A stretch of 64,000 nucleotides of DNA from Limnothrix sp. BL-A-16 (GCA_041937175.2 CP166615.1:3712001-3776000), one strand, 5' to 3'; numbered from the stretch's first letter, positions 50,332 through 61,631 are shown. Made by a program: numbers and translations. Notes: a model not told the origin generated them from the sequence alone.

Positions 50332-50349
50332 ATTACAAAAAGTTACAAA
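50332..50349. promoter_or_regulatory. HLR1-like (RpaB) direct repeat
   Basis: ATTACAAA-AA-GTTACAAA, one mismatch to (G/T)TTACA(T/A)(T/A)-N2-(G/T)TTACA(T/A)(T/A), just upstream of the psb35-like gene. Confidence 0.55.
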
Positions 50350-50373
50350 CCACTATCCAAACACAACAATACC

Positions 50374-52809
50374 CTAAGGGCTACCACCGCCGTCGCTGGT
50401 GGTGGGGGGTGCGACGGGTGGTGGGGGTGCAACCGGTGGCGGCGGCGGGGCAACCGGGGGTGGGGGTGCAACGGGCGGCGGCGGCGGGGCAACGGGTGCG
50501 GAACGAACCGGGGCCGCCGGTTCCGAAGATCCAGAGCGGGCTGGGGCCGTCGCTGGACTTGGGGCACTGGAACGCGGGGAACGGCGCTCACCCTCGCCAC
50601 GGCTCTCTTCGCCACGTCCCGATCGCGCTTCACCGCTCCGGGGTTGAGGGGAACGCTCCGATGAACTGCCGCTCCGGGGTTCTTCTTCGCGCTCCTCCCG
50701 TTGACGACGCTTCAGATCTTCTTCGGAAGTGGCTTGGCCTTCCCGAGAACCGCGATCGGCCCGTTTCTTGGGTCGGAAGCGACGGCCAGACAGGTTCGGC
50801 AGCTTGTCAAAGGTTTCCACCTTGAACCCCTTCACGGCCTCTTTCATGAAGTCGTGCCAAGTGGCGGCCGCCGCCGCACTGGCTCCATAGGTGGGTTGGT
50901 TATTGTCATTTCCCAACCAAACACCAGTCACCAATTGCGGAATGAAACCAATGAACCAAAGATCCCGCGCCTTATCCGATGTGCCGGTTTTACCCGCCAC
51001 CGGGCGACCTTCCAGGGCTGCGGGGGCCCCAGTCCCGTCATTCACCACCTGCTGCAACATCCAGTTGATGATCGCCGCATCGTTGGTATTCAAGGCCACG
51101 ACTGGGTTCGTTTTGTTTTCATAGATCACCTGACCTCGGCGATCGCGAATCCGCCGAATGCCGTAGGTGGGGAAATGTTTACCCTTGGCGGCCAATGTGC
51201 CATAGGCCGCCGTCAGCTCCAGCAAATTCACCTCCGAAGCCCCCAGGGCCAAGGAGTAGGTGGGCTTGAGTTCTGACTGAATGCCCATCTTGCGGGCCAG
51301 GTCAATCACGTTTTCCCGTCCCACATCCAGCATCACCTTCAGGGCAATGATGTTCACCGATTTGGTCAGGGCCGCAGTGGCCGACTGCCAACCGGAGAAC
51401 TTACCGCTAAAGTTTTTGGGTTCGTATCCCCCAATGCGATAGGGTTCGTCCGCATAACCCGCATAGGGCGACATCCCCGCTTGGATGGCGGCGCTGTAGA
51501 CGAAGGTTTTGAAGGTGGAGCCGGGCTGCCGTTTGGCTTGGGTGACGCGGTTGAATTGGTTGGCGGTGAAATTGGTGTCTCCGCTGCCTACCATGGCCCG
51601 AATTTCTCCGGTGCGCGGGTCGATCGCCACCAAAGCCCCTTGGGAAAATCGTTGATATCGACCGCGTTTTTGAACAGCCTCTTGCACCGCGCGGGTTGCA
51701 ACTGTTTGCCAGTCGGGGCGGAGGGTGGTTTCAACGGTCAGGCCGCCGCGCTCAATCACTTCCGGGGGCAGGTGTTTGGGCAGCTCTTGCAGGATATAGG
51801 ACGTGAAGTGTGGGGCCGTGACGATCAGGCGGCGCGGAATTTTTTGGTTGAGGGCAATTGGCTCGTTTTGGGCTGCGTCCGCTTCGGCCGCACTCAGGAA
51901 ACCGGCCACCACCATTCGATCGAGCACGATATTTCGGCGCTCTTGGGTAATTTCCGGGTTGACCAGGGGCGAAAAATAGCTCGGAGCGGGAGCCAAACAG
52001 GCCAGGGTTGCCATTTCCGCCAGGGTGAGGCGATCGAGGCTTTTGCCAAAATAAACCCAAGCGGCATCGGAAACCCCATAGGCTCCTGAACCGAGATAGA
52101 CCAAATTGAGGTAGCTTTCGGCGATCTGGTCTTTGGTGAGCGATCGCTCCATTTTGGCCGCCAACAGCGCTTCCCGTAGTTTGCGGGTGGCGCTGCGCTC
52201 TTGGTTCAGGAAAACAATCCGTGCTAGCTGTTGGGTGATGGTGCTGCCACCTTCCACCACCTCTCCCGCGAGCAGGTTGGTCCAGGAAGCGCGCAAAATC
52301 CCGATCGCATCAACCCCGTCATGCTCATAAAACCGCCGATCTTCAGCGGCCATAAATGCCTGGAGCAGCTTTTTGGGAATTCGCTTTAGGGGCGTTTTTT
52401 CCCGGGTTGCGGGCCCCTGTTGCTGCAAAATCGTGCCATCGGCAGCAATAATCGTGACCGTGCCATCTCGGGAAAACGTGAAGACATCCTGGGCAGAAGG
52501 CAGGGTATCTTCAAAGGCTTTGACGGAACGCCAGCCGGCCCAGCCGAGGGCAGTGCTGCCACCTAAAAAACTGATCCCAATCAGGATTCCCCAATATTTA
52601 CCAAAGGAGCGGGGACGGCCATCGGAGGGGTGGCGGGTCGATCGGGAGGGCCAACGCAGCCACCGGGGCCAGGGGAAGGCTGCCCGTTGTGGTGTGGCAA
52701 CCGTTGGTGGCAGCGTTGGCAATGGATCAGCCGGAGTCGCTGTCGATCCCTCACCACCCTGGCTAGGGGCTGGTGGTAAATCTGTAAATCCCGAATCTGA
52801 TTGACTCAC
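50374..52809 (-). CDS. Class A penicillin-binding protein (PBP1A family)
   Basis: EDRRFYEH, GGSTITQQL, RKLRE; transpeptidase STFK, SVN, KTG; Pro-rich tail. Confidence 0.94.
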   Translation of the reverse strand: MSQSDSGFTDLPPAPSQGGEGSTATPADPLPTLPPTVATPQRAAFPWPRWLRWPSRSTRHPSDGRPRSFGKYWGILIGISFLGGSTALGWAGWRSVKAFEDTLPSAQDVFTFSRDGTVTIIAADGTILQQQGPATREKTPLKRIPKKLLQAFMAAEDRRFYEHDGVDAIGILRASWTNLLAGEVVEGGSTITQQLARIVFLNQERSATRKLREALLAAKMERSLTKDQIAESYLNLVYLGSGAYGVSDAAWVYFGKSLDRLTLAEMATLACLAPAPSYFSPLVNPEITQERRNIVLDRMVVAGFLSAAEADAAQNEPIALNQKIPRRLIVTAPHFTSYILQELPKHLPPEVIERGGLTVETTLRPDWQTVATRAVQEAVQKRGRYQRFSQGALVAIDPRTGEIRAMVGSGDTNFTANQFNRVTQAKRQPGSTFKTFVYSAAIQAGMSPYAGYADEPYRIGGYEPKNFSGKFSGWQSATAALTKSVNIIALKVMLDVGRENVIDLARKMGIQSELKPTYSLALGASEVNLLELTAAYGTLAAKGKHFPTYGIRRIRDRRGQVIYENKTNPVVALNTNDAAIINWMLQQVVNDGTGAPAALEGRPVAGKTGTSDKARDLWFIGFIPQLVTGVWLGNDNNQPTYGASAAAAATWHDFMKEAVKGFKVETFDKLPNLSGRRFRPKKRADRGSREGQATSEEDLKRRQREEREEEPRSGSSSERSPQPRSGEARSGRGEESRGEGERRSPRSSAPSPATAPARSGSSEPAAPVRSAPVAPPPPPVAPPPPVAPPPPPVAPPPPVAPPTTSDGGGSP

Positions 52810-53316
52810 AGCTTTTCCTCGTTGCTGGCCCGTCGGTGCAGGAGGAGAGAATGCGGCCCGCCGGTTGGCAAATAACTTAACATGACCCCAACGAAGTCTG
52901 AGGAAAAAAGTCGCTCAATGACTGATGAAGTCTAACTTTGGGCTGATTTAGAGCGTAAAAGTCGTTGGGTAATATTTGCCTCTGTTGCTTGCCTCTGTAT
53001 AAATTGCAAAATCTGCATCGTGCCAATGAAGGTTTGGATTCGGGGCGATCGCCTGGAACGGTCTTTGGCAAATCGAAGCAATTGTCTAGAACAGCGTCAT
53101 GCTGACCAGTTGAAAGCGAATTCAATGCAAATCCAGTGCAAATCCAGTGCAAATCCAAAGTAAATCCAAAGCCAAGAGGGCGAATACACGGGTAGTCTAG
53201 GGGCTGAAATGTTGATGAGAGAACGAGTTGAGGCGATGCAAGGCCGATTTGATCGAGATGGTCGTGGCTTTAAGCTAGATTACTGACCAAAACTCATGAA
53301 GTTGATTGATTGCTCT

Positions 53317-53775
53317 ATGAGCCTTCCCTCCCACGTCACCGACTTAAGCAATCAAGATTATCTAGTTTTGGGCTTGGCCACTTGCTTTCTCAAGGAAGAG
53401 GGTGAGTTGCAGTCGGTCAGCCTCATTGAGCCGATTCCTTCAGCAGCCCTAGAAACGATTTTGCAAGGCATTCCCACCTCTTATCAGTGGGCGATCGCCC
53501 TGCCGATCGAAGCGGCCTTGGCTGCCAGTGCGGCGGGACAATTGCCGGAAGGGTTCCCGCCCGAGTCCCATTGGTGCGCTGATTTTGAACCCCGGGCGAT
53601 CGCGGCGGCTCGCACCTACCGCAGCCGACCCAGCGCCCAACAACACATCCCGATCGGGCAACGGCGGACGGATTTAAATCACTCGGTCGATCGCAAGCGT
53701 GTTTTGAACGCCAACAGCATGGTTCGCCCCGAAGACAACGTGAAGCAACATGCTTACACCCATCAGGTGCTCTAG
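53317..53775 (+). CDS. Conserved hypothetical protein
   Basis: Coding-like ORF (DYLVLGLATCF...EPIPSA...AAARTY...DNVKQH). Start 53296 or 53317. Confidence 0.75.
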   Translation: MSLPSHVTDLSNQDYLVLGLATCFLKEEGELQSVSLIEPIPSAALETILQGIPTSYQWAIALPIEAALAASAAGQLPEGFPPESHWCADFEPRAIAAARTYRSRPSAQQHIPIGQRRTDLNHSVDRKRVLNANSMVRPEDNVKQHAYTHQVL

Positions 53776-53838
53776 CGCTTGGGTTCAGCCCGCAAAATCA
53801 GGGAATTCAGAACCGCCAAGTTGGAAATCCCCACCCCC

Positions 53839-56397
53839 CTAGGGATGGGCGTGAGCTTGCTGAAAATCCATCCGCAGCCGCTGCACTGTGGAAGTGCCAA
53901 TATACAAATCACACCACCGAGCCATTTCCCACAACACATGACCGATCGCTTCCTGGGACTCGTAGGCATGGTCTTCGTAGGGCAGCAGCACCAGCCGCGC
54001 CGTTCCCCCTAAGCCGCGCATTGCGTCATACATCCGCTCGCTTTGAATGGGGTAAGTACCGGGATTGGAATCCCGCTGCCCATGAATCAGCAACAGCGGT
54101 TCATTAATGCGATCGGCAAAGGTGAAAGGAGACAGGCGGGTATAGGTTTCTTGGGCTTGCCAGTAGGTGCGTTGTTCGCCCTGAAACCCAAAAGGGGTGA
54201 GGGTGCGGTTATAGGCTCCGCTACGGGCAATCCCGGCCTTGAAGAGATTGGTGTGAGCCAATAAATTCACTACAGTGAAAGCTCCATAGGAATGGCCCCC
54301 CACTAACAACCGTTTGGGGTCGGCAATGCCGCGATCGACCACATAATTCACCGCTGCTTCAGCCCCCGCGATCAGTTGCTCAATGTAGGTGTCATTGGGT
54401 TCTGCGCCGTTTTCACCCACGATCGGGAGGCTAGGATCGAGCAATACCCCATAGCCCAAGGCCAACAAAAACAGGGGTGAATCGGCTTCGGGACGACTGA
54501 AGACGTTGGCGGAGGTGGTGACTTGGCCGGCGGTATTTCGATCGGCATATTCTTCGGGATAAACCCAAAACACCATGGGCAACGGCCCATCCCGATCGCG
54601 TTGGTAACCGGGAGGCAAATAAAGCGTGGCCGAGAGGGGAACGCCATCGGCCCGTTGGTAATAGACAATTTCTTGCTGAATATCAGCCAAGGCGGGAATG
54701 GGATCTGTAAATTGGGTCAGGGGCTGGGCTGGACTTTCGGAGTTGGCTAAGTTGCGCAAAAAGTAGTTGGGAGCCTGGCGCTGGGATTGCCGTTGGGTGA
54801 GCAGTTGTCCCTGACTGAGCAGGTCGATCGGGTACTCATAGTAAGGATCAGTGGCTTGCCAAAGCCGCTCCGTTTGACCGGTCACCAAGTTCCAGCGGTC
54901 TAGGAAAGGATAGCTCCCCTGAGGCGATGCCCCCTGACCCACGAGGTAAAGGGATTGTTGATCGGTCGCCAGCCGCAACACTTCGAGGCCATAGGGCCCT
55001 TGAGCCATCAAAGGGTCGCCGGGGTCACGGTATCGATCCTGATAGTTACGATCACCTCGCAAAATCGGGGCCACGTCGGGGCGATCGGGAGCCACTTGCC
55101 ACAGCCGCACCCGCCGCTCATCGAACCAAATTTCTTCGATCAGGGCCAGGTTACCATTGCCCCACCAGGCATATCGAAACCGAAATGAGGATTGCCAAAG
55201 CCGTTGGGGTGGCTGATCCAAATCCGTGGCTTCTTGGACGTAGAGCGCATCCCGATCGGTTGCGGCTTGCCCCGGATTGCCCCCGTCCAAGGCCTCAACC
55301 CAATAGAGCGTGGCGGGGCGATCGGTACGCCACCCAAACAACCGTTTACCCGGTCGCACAGCATCAAACCCCAGCGGCAAGTTATCCGCCAAGGGCAAGC
55401 GGGTCAGAATCTGAGATCGCCCTTGGTTGAGGTGGTGTAAGGCAATGCGACGGGGAAAACGCTCGATCGGTACCTTATAGGAAAAAGGCGTTTCCACTAC
55501 TTCGACCAAGAGATGTTGACCGTTGGGCGACGGTGTAACGTGGTCGTACAAATCCGGGGGAAGCAGTAATGAGCGACGACCTTGTAAATCAATCCGCTCG
55601 ATCGTGGCGCTGAGGTAATACTTCAGTAGAGCCTCATCATGGGGGCTACTGAGCAGATTGGTGTAAGTGCGATTGGGCGATCGTTGTCCATCATGATCCT
55701 CAATGATCGGCCCCTCAGGTAGCACTGGCATGGGTGGAGGCGCACCCCGATCGGTAGGAATGACCTTACAAACCAAGCCCCCTGTCCCCGGCAACCAATC
55801 GCAGGGCGGCCCATAGGCTCCATTGAGAATTGGCCCCGTCAGTATTCTGGAGCTAGCCGTTTCTAGATCAATGACCCACAACTCCAGTCCGCGATCGGTC
55901 GTTTGCGTTAGGGCCAGCGATCCGCCATCCCGTGACCAGCGCAGGTTGCTGAGGCGACTGTTGGCCGGCAAAGATACCGTCTGTCGTTGTCGTGTCTTTA
56001 GCTCAGTGATACTGATGCCACGATAGTAATTACCCAGTGAGGGGCCATTCGTTTGGGGATTAATGCGCAAACCAGCCAAGGGCAAAGCCGGAGCAGCCAG
56101 ATCGGCAAGGGCTACCATCCCCACCGGCAATAGCTCGATCGCGTAGCGACGGTTAGGCGAAACCATCACGATCGGCGTAACCGGTGCTTTCAGCATTTGA
56201 TCGATCGGTGGCGGTGCGGGCTGCCAACGGGCGGCCCCGGTCACCGACGGTAACTTCACCGATGGTTGTGCAAAAACCGATGATTCAGCCCATCCCCAAC
56301 CCATGACCGTAGCCAAACATCCCAGGACTGACCACCAGCGCGATCGATATCTGCTCGATCGGTCTCCATCCACCACAGGTCTCACACTCCTGATCAA
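53839..56397 (-). CDS. S9 peptidase (glutamyl-endopeptidase-like), probably exported
   Basis: GGHSYGAF nucleophile, ARSGAYNRTLTPFGFQ, D.N.GT, E.H; hydrophobic N-terminus. Start uncertain. Confidence 0.88.
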   Translation of the reverse strand: MIRSVRPVVDGDRSSRYRSRWWSVLGCLATVMGWGWAESSVFAQPSVKLPSVTGAARWQPAPPPIDQMLKAPVTPIVMVSPNRRYAIELLPVGMVALADLAAPALPLAGLRINPQTNGPSLGNYYRGISITELKTRQRQTVSLPANSRLSNLRWSRDGGSLALTQTTDRGLELWVIDLETASSRILTGPILNGAYGPPCDWLPGTGGLVCKVIPTDRGAPPPMPVLPEGPIIEDHDGQRSPNRTYTNLLSSPHDEALLKYYLSATIERIDLQGRRSLLLPPDLYDHVTPSPNGQHLLVEVVETPFSYKVPIERFPRRIALHHLNQGRSQILTRLPLADNLPLGFDAVRPGKRLFGWRTDRPATLYWVEALDGGNPGQAATDRDALYVQEATDLDQPPQRLWQSSFRFRYAWWGNGNLALIEEIWFDERRVRLWQVAPDRPDVAPILRGDRNYQDRYRDPGDPLMAQGPYGLEVLRLATDQQSLYLVGQGASPQGSYPFLDRWNLVTGQTERLWQATDPYYEYPIDLLSQGQLLTQRQSQRQAPNYFLRNLANSESPAQPLTQFTDPIPALADIQQEIVYYQRADGVPLSATLYLPPGYQRDRDGPLPMVFWVYPEEYADRNTAGQVTTSANVFSRPEADSPLFLLALGYGVLLDPSLPIVGENGAEPNDTYIEQLIAGAEAAVNYVVDRGIADPKRLLVGGHSYGAFTVVNLLAHTNLFKAGIARSGAYNRTLTPFGFQGEQRTYWQAQETYTRLSPFTFADRINEPLLLIHGQRDSNPGTYPIQSERMYDAMRGLGGTARLVLLPYEDHAYESQEAIGHVLWEMARWCDLYIGTSTVQRLRMDFQQAHAHP

Positions 56398-56975
56398 TCA
56401 AGAACCGCAACACATCCAGACCCACCAGTCGCATCAATCACGACTGCATTCTTATTTGTCCCTTAAAAATCAAGACTCCAACCAATAAACTCCACGCTGA
56501 CTTCCCAGTCAGATTATGCTCAACACAAGCAAGATCTCAACTCAATTAACAAACACAAGACGATCCCATTTTTATGGTCAAGAGTCCTCTTAAAGGCATT
56601 AATTTTGGCTTGAGTTTAATGACTTTAAGAGCCTAATTAACCCATCTTAGTCCTGATTACAGATCCTTTATAACTGATCCCACTCCAGCCTTTCGAGGCA
56701 TTGGGACGCAATCAAAAGCATCATTTTTTACATAGACAAATGAGGATTTTTTTAATCAGAGACTGACATTTCGCCACAACCTAGCCCTAATCAGCCATTG
56801 ATTAATATCCCAAATTTGAAATAGTAATGACTTACGGAAAGTACCGCGTCAAAAATATAGCTAGCTTGACTAAATTTGCAAATATTTCAGAACCCTGATC
56901 AATTTCTAATATTTTCCCCAACGACTGCTCCCTACCTTCTGACACAGTTTAAGCGGGCGATCACCCCTAAATCCC

Positions 56976-57015
56976 CAAAGAGAAACTCCCCAAACCCGGA
57001 ATCCGAGCTGGGGAG
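56976..57015 (-). terminator. Intrinsic terminator of the RTX-repeat gene
   Basis: Minus strand CTCCCCAGCTCGG-ATT-CCGGGTTTGGGGAG followed by TTTCTCTTT. Confidence 0.7.
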
Positions 57016-57061
57016 AAAAGGCAGAGTCGAAACCCTGCCTTGAGAGTCAATCTGTCAAACC

Positions 57062-59218
57062 TTAGAAGATCACGATATCGCGACCGTAGGTCAGGTCGGT
57101 GACAGCAGCACCGCTCTTGAGCACTTGCGCGAACGGAATCGGCAGCACACTGCTGTTGACATTCGTACCGCTGTTGCTGAAGGCAATACCGGAAACAGGG
57201 GTCTGAGGCAGGATGAAGTACTGAACCGTACCAATCAGAGTACCGCCAGTCAGTGCAGCGGCAGCATCTGCGTAGGACGAGATCAAGCCATTGGTACCGG
57301 CACCAGCATTGACGGCAGTCAATGTACCGAAAGCAGGTACTGGGGTCGAGCTGTAGATGAACTGGCTACCGAATGTACCTGCTGTGTTCGTCGTTGCCGT
57401 TGCCGCACGACCGTACAGGATACCCGTGTCGCGAGCATAGATCAACAACTCAGGCTTGTTGACGATGTTGGTGACGTTAGTACCCGACACAGAAGCGACG
57501 GAGAGGAACGCGCCCGGAGCGTTGGCACTCGGGAAGTTGGTTCCGGAGGTGAACAAGCGTCCTTCCAAACGAATTTGGTCAACACCCGAATCAAAGTCGG
57601 TGATGGTGTCGAAACCGCTTAGGGCATAACCAAAGCCAGTCAGCGGTACAGCTGCACCACCAGTGGTTTGCTGAGAACCAAAGGCAGGCGTAACAACAGT
57701 GCCCACACCACCCGTGGTGCCGTAGCTGACAGTCAGGGAAGCACCGTAGGTCGGAGATACGAATGTGCCACCGGCAGCGATTGTACCGGCACCGAAGCTA
57801 AAGGTCGCAGCCGTACCGCCAGCAGCACCGCCCGTGAACTGACCGTGGGCAGGGTTCGGGAAGGTGGTGAAGTAACGGACTTCTTGAAGGACGGCCGGAG
57901 TTGTACCCGCGCCGATTGTGCCAGTTACGTTCAACGTGGTGCTGTTGAAGGTGACCGAAGCCACGTCGCTGACCTGAACGCCCTTGAACAGGAATACGTC
58001 AGCGCCTGCACCACCAGTCAGGATATCAGCGTTGCCCAGGCCTTCCAGGGTGTCGTTACCAGCGCCACCGGTCAGGGTGTCGCGGTTCGGAGTACCGGTC
58101 AGGTACAAACCAGTGCTGCCAGCAATGATCGTGAAGGGAGCCGTGCCCGAGAGGATCGTGTCGCCTTCGCCGGGGTTGAAGCCGGAGATCGCACCACCTG
58201 CCAACACGTTGAAGGTGTCGCGACCAGCGCCACCTACTAGGGTGACGTTCGACCCTTGGGAAACCAGCGAGTCATCGCCAACACCACCTTGGATCGTGTT
58301 CGCACCAGCGCCAACCAGGGTGTCACCCAGGCTACCGGCGATCAACACGTTACCCGAACCCGTGATGGTGGGCAGGATTTGCAGGAAGTTCTTGCCGCCG
58401 CCACCGGAAGCGGTTGAGAAGGCAGCACCACCGTCAAAGGTGATCGTATCGTCGCCTTCGCCACCAGCCAGGGTGTTGTTAGCACCGGTGTTGCGGAGGA
58501 TATCGTTACCCAGATCGCCGGAGATGAAGGCACCCGAGCCGCTAGCGGTCAGCACGTCAGCACCCGAGCCGCCGTATACGGAGTCAGCGGCACCAGCCGT
58601 GATCGTATCGTTGCCTTGGTTACCGAACAGCAGGGTACGACCACCACCGGTGATCGCATCATCGCCGTCGCCACCGTAAACCGTGGTTGCACCAGCAACG
58701 CCAGAACCGCTGAGGACGATGCTGTCATTACCGCGATCGCCGTACAGCAGACCACCAACGGTCGAAGTCAGGGTGTCGTTGCCTTGACCGCCGTACAGGG
58801 TATCAGCCCGGTTGCCGGCTACCAATGCATCGTTGCCTTGGTTACCAAACAAAGCCGAAGGACCAACGGAGTTGGCAACCAGCGAATCATCGCCTTCGCC
58901 ACCGTACATGGTGTCGCCACCACCAGCGGTCGAACCGCCGATGATGCCGGTGGAGGTAGACTCACCCACGATCGTGTCGTTGCCGCGATCGCCGTACAGC
59001 AGCGAGCCGCCGCGGCTGCGGATGATGTCGTTGCCTTGACCACCGTAGATGGTGTCAGCGCCACCTTGGCTGATTAGCGAGTCAGCGCCTTGGTTACCAA
59101 AAATTGAGTTACGGCCGGCGGTGCTACTGACGAGAGAGTCAGCATCCCCCAGACCGATCAGGGTATCTACGCCAGACCCAATCAAAAAGTTGGGTAGGTT
59201 GTTGCCGAACTGAGTCAC
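57062..59218 (-). CDS. RTX/Ca-binding glycine-rich surface protein
   Basis: Many GGxGxD-type nonapeptides, no signal peptide, C-terminal DIVIF. Confidence 0.88.
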   Translation of the reverse strand: MTQFGNNLPNFLIGSGVDTLIGLGDADSLVSSTAGRNSIFGNQGADSLISQGGADTIYGGQGNDIIRSRGGSLLYGDRGNDTIVGESTSTGIIGGSTAGGGDTMYGGEGDDSLVANSVGPSALFGNQGNDALVAGNRADTLYGGQGNDTLTSTVGGLLYGDRGNDSIVLSGSGVAGATTVYGGDGDDAITGGGRTLLFGNQGNDTITAGAADSVYGGSGADVLTASGSGAFISGDLGNDILRNTGANNTLAGGEGDDTITFDGGAAFSTASGGGGKNFLQILPTITGSGNVLIAGSLGDTLVGAGANTIQGGVGDDSLVSQGSNVTLVGGAGRDTFNVLAGGAISGFNPGEGDTILSGTAPFTIIAGSTGLYLTGTPNRDTLTGGAGNDTLEGLGNADILTGGAGADVFLFKGVQVSDVASVTFNSTTLNVTGTIGAGTTPAVLQEVRYFTTFPNPAHGQFTGGAAGGTAATFSFGAGTIAAGGTFVSPTYGASLTVSYGTTGGVGTVVTPAFGSQQTTGGAAVPLTGFGYALSGFDTITDFDSGVDQIRLEGRLFTSGTNFPSANAPGAFLSVASVSGTNVTNIVNKPELLIYARDTGILYGRAATATTNTAGTFGSQFIYSSTPVPAFGTLTAVNAGAGTNGLISSYADAAAALTGGTLIGTVQYFILPQTPVSGIAFSNSGTNVNSSVLPIPFAQVLKSGAAVTDLTYGRDIVIF

Positions 59219-59531
59219 TTATTCCACTCCTCTGAAATTTGCTGTAGCTGTATGTCTGTGCTTGTACCAAACGATCGACAATTCAGCGTTGCATCCAGTG
59301 ACAGGCAGCTTATGAGCTTTCTGTTGATCTGAGACTGCCAAAAAGACTCGTACAGCCAGCGCAAGTTTACCTTAGGTTGACTGATACTGTCTAGCTGAAG
59401 CCCTTGACGACTAGGCTCTCCAATGGGTTCCCCAAGATTCACGGGAAAATTAGGAGAGGTGGCGGAGATCGTGGCTCAGGTTATGGGGCATTGTACAGGG
59501 GTGGGACGATTTTAATGAAGTTCGGGTCAGC

Positions 59532-61631
59532 ATGGGCGTTAATCAACGGTTGCTCATTCACGATCGCCCCCGTTTGGTGACCCGCTTGGCCGAGTTGCCT
59601 CGGGAGCCGGGGGTTTATTTCATGAAGGATGATCGCGATCGCATCCTTTATATAGGCAAGTCGAAAAGCCTCCGATCGCGGGTTCGCTCTTACTTCCGGC
59701 CGTTTCAGGGCCAGTCCAATAAGCCGATCGGGGAGCAACTGCACAGTCCGCGCCTGGAGCTGATGGTGCGGCAGGTGGCGGAGATTGAATTCATCGTTAC
59801 CGATACGGAATCGGAAGCCCTGGCCCTGGAGGCCAACCTGATTCGGCAGCATCAACCCCACTTCAACACGCTGCTGAAGGATGACAAGAAATATCCCTAT
59901 CTCTGCATTACTTGGTCGGAGGATTATCCTCGGCTGTTTATTACCCGCAAACGCAAGCTGAGCCAGCCCGGCGATCGCTACTACGGTCCCTACACCGATG
60001 CGCGGGCCTTGCGGGAAACTGTGCGGCTGGTGAAGCGTTTGTTTCCCTTGCGGCAACGGCCCAAGCCCTTGTTTCGAGATCGCCCCTGCTTGAACTACGA
60101 CATTGGCCGTTGTCCCGGCGTTTGTCAGGGTTTGATTACACCAGCGGACTACCGTCAAACGGTGCAGAAGGTGGCGATGGTGTTTCAGGGGCGATCGGGC
60201 GAGTTGATGGAGCAACTCCAGCAGCAGATGATTGCCGCAGCGGCGGAACTGAATTTTGAGCTGGCGGCTCAGTTGCGCGATCGATTGCGAGGCTTGGAGC
60301 AGTTGGGGGCCGATCGCAAGGTGGAGCTACCCAACGATCGGGTTTCTCGCGATGCGATCGCCCTGGCCACCAGCGATCGCCATGCTTGCATTCAACTATT
60401 CCAAATTCGAGCTGGACGACTGGTGGGCCGGTTGGGCTTTGTGGCGGAAATTCCCCAACCGATGATCGCAACCTCCACAGAATCCGAAGAATCTGAACGC
60501 CGATCGCCCGTTATGGTTGAAGCTGCTGTCGAAGGTACAACCGAAACCGAGTCCGCCATTTCGCCAGTTATGGCCCCAGCCATTGCCCCCGCCGTTTTGG
60601 GGCGGATTTTGCAACAGGCCCTCGAAGAGCACTACAGCACCGTGGAATCCGTTGAAATTCCGGCGGAGATTTTGGTGCAGTACGAATTGCCTGACGGGCC
60701 TTGGCTAGCGGACTGGCTGAGTGAGCGTCGGGGCCGCAAGGTGGCGATCGAGACCCCTCAACGGCAACTGAAAGCAGACTTGATTGCTTTGGTGGCCCGC
60801 AATGCGGACTATGAGCTAGCCCGCACCCAACGCAGCAGCGATCGCAACCAAGCCGCTCTCCAGGATCTGGCGGATCTCTTGGACTTGCCCGATCTGCCCC
60901 GTTGGATTGAGTGTTACGACATTTCCCACATCCAAGGATCCGATGCGGTGGCCTCGCGGGTGGTGTTTGTGGATGGCTTGCCCGCCAAGCAACATTACCG
61001 TCATTACAAAATTCGGAATCCCGAGATTGGCCCTGGGCACTCCGACGACTTCGCCAGCTTGGCGGAAACCATTCGGCGGCGATTCCGCGATTACCAACCC
61101 CGTAGCGCCCCCAATGCGGCTCTGAGCGTTTTGGGTGGACGTGAGCGCCAAACCCAAGATTGGCCAGATCTGGTCGTGATTGATGGGGGCAAGGGGCAAC
61201 TGTCGGCGGTGGTTGCCGTGTTGCGGGATCTGGATTTGCTGGATGAGCTGCGGGTGGTGAGCCTGGCCAAAAAACGCGAGGAAATCTTTTTGCCTGAGGA
61301 ATCCCAGCCCCTCCGCACGGATCCAGAGCAGGCCGGTGTGCAGTTGGTGCGCCGTTTGCGGGACGAGGCTCACCGGTTTGCGGTTAGTTTCCATCGCCAA
61401 AAACGCACGGAGCGAATGCGGCGATCGCGCCTCGAAGAGATTCCCGGCTTAGGACACCATCGCCAAAAGCAACTTTTAGCCCACTTCCGCTCGATCGACT
61501 ACATCCGCGAGGCTACACCCGCCCAGTTACAGGAAGTCCCTGGCGTTGGCCCCCATTTGGCCCAACAAATTTATGAATACTTTCATCCGACTGATTTGAC
61601 CGGCACTGATTTGACCGACACGGTTTCGTGA
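59532..61631 (+). CDS. uvrC: Excinuclease ABC subunit C
   Basis: [19 protein letters not shown], Cys cluster, [23 protein letters not shown], HhH. Confidence 0.96.
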   Translation: MGVNQRLLIHDRPRLVTRLAELPREPGVYFMKDDRDRILYIGKSKSLRSRVRSYFRPFQGQSNKPIGEQLHSPRLELMVRQVAEIEFIVTDTESEALALEANLIRQHQPHFNTLLKDDKKYPYLCITWSEDYPRLFITRKRKLSQPGDRYYGPYTDARALRETVRLVKRLFPLRQRPKPLFRDRPCLNYDIGRCPGVCQGLITPADYRQTVQKVAMVFQGRSGELMEQLQQQMIAAAAELNFELAAQLRDRLRGLEQLGADRKVELPNDRVSRDAIALATSDRHACIQLFQIRAGRLVGRLGFVAEIPQPMIATSTESEESERRSPVMVEAAVEGTTETESAISPVMAPAIAPAVLGRILQQALEEHYSTVESVEIPAEILVQYELPDGPWLADWLSERRGRKVAIETPQRQLKADLIALVARNADYELARTQRSSDRNQAALQDLADLLDLPDLPRWIECYDISHIQGSDAVASRVVFVDGLPAKQHYRHYKIRNPEIGPGHSDDFASLAETIRRRFRDYQPRSAPNAALSVLGGRERQTQDWPDLVVIDGGKGQLSAVVAVLRDLDLLDELRVVSLAKKREEIFLPEESQPLRTDPEQAGVQLVRRLRDEAHRFAVSFHRQKRTERMRRSRLEEIPGLGHHRQKQLLAHFRSIDYIREATPAQLQEVPGVGPHLAQQIYEYFHPTDLTGTDLTDTVS

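Noticed and set aside
50395..50500. GC-rich repeats as a separate element
   Set aside because: They encode the (PPPPVA)n tail of PBP1A, ordinary low complexity.
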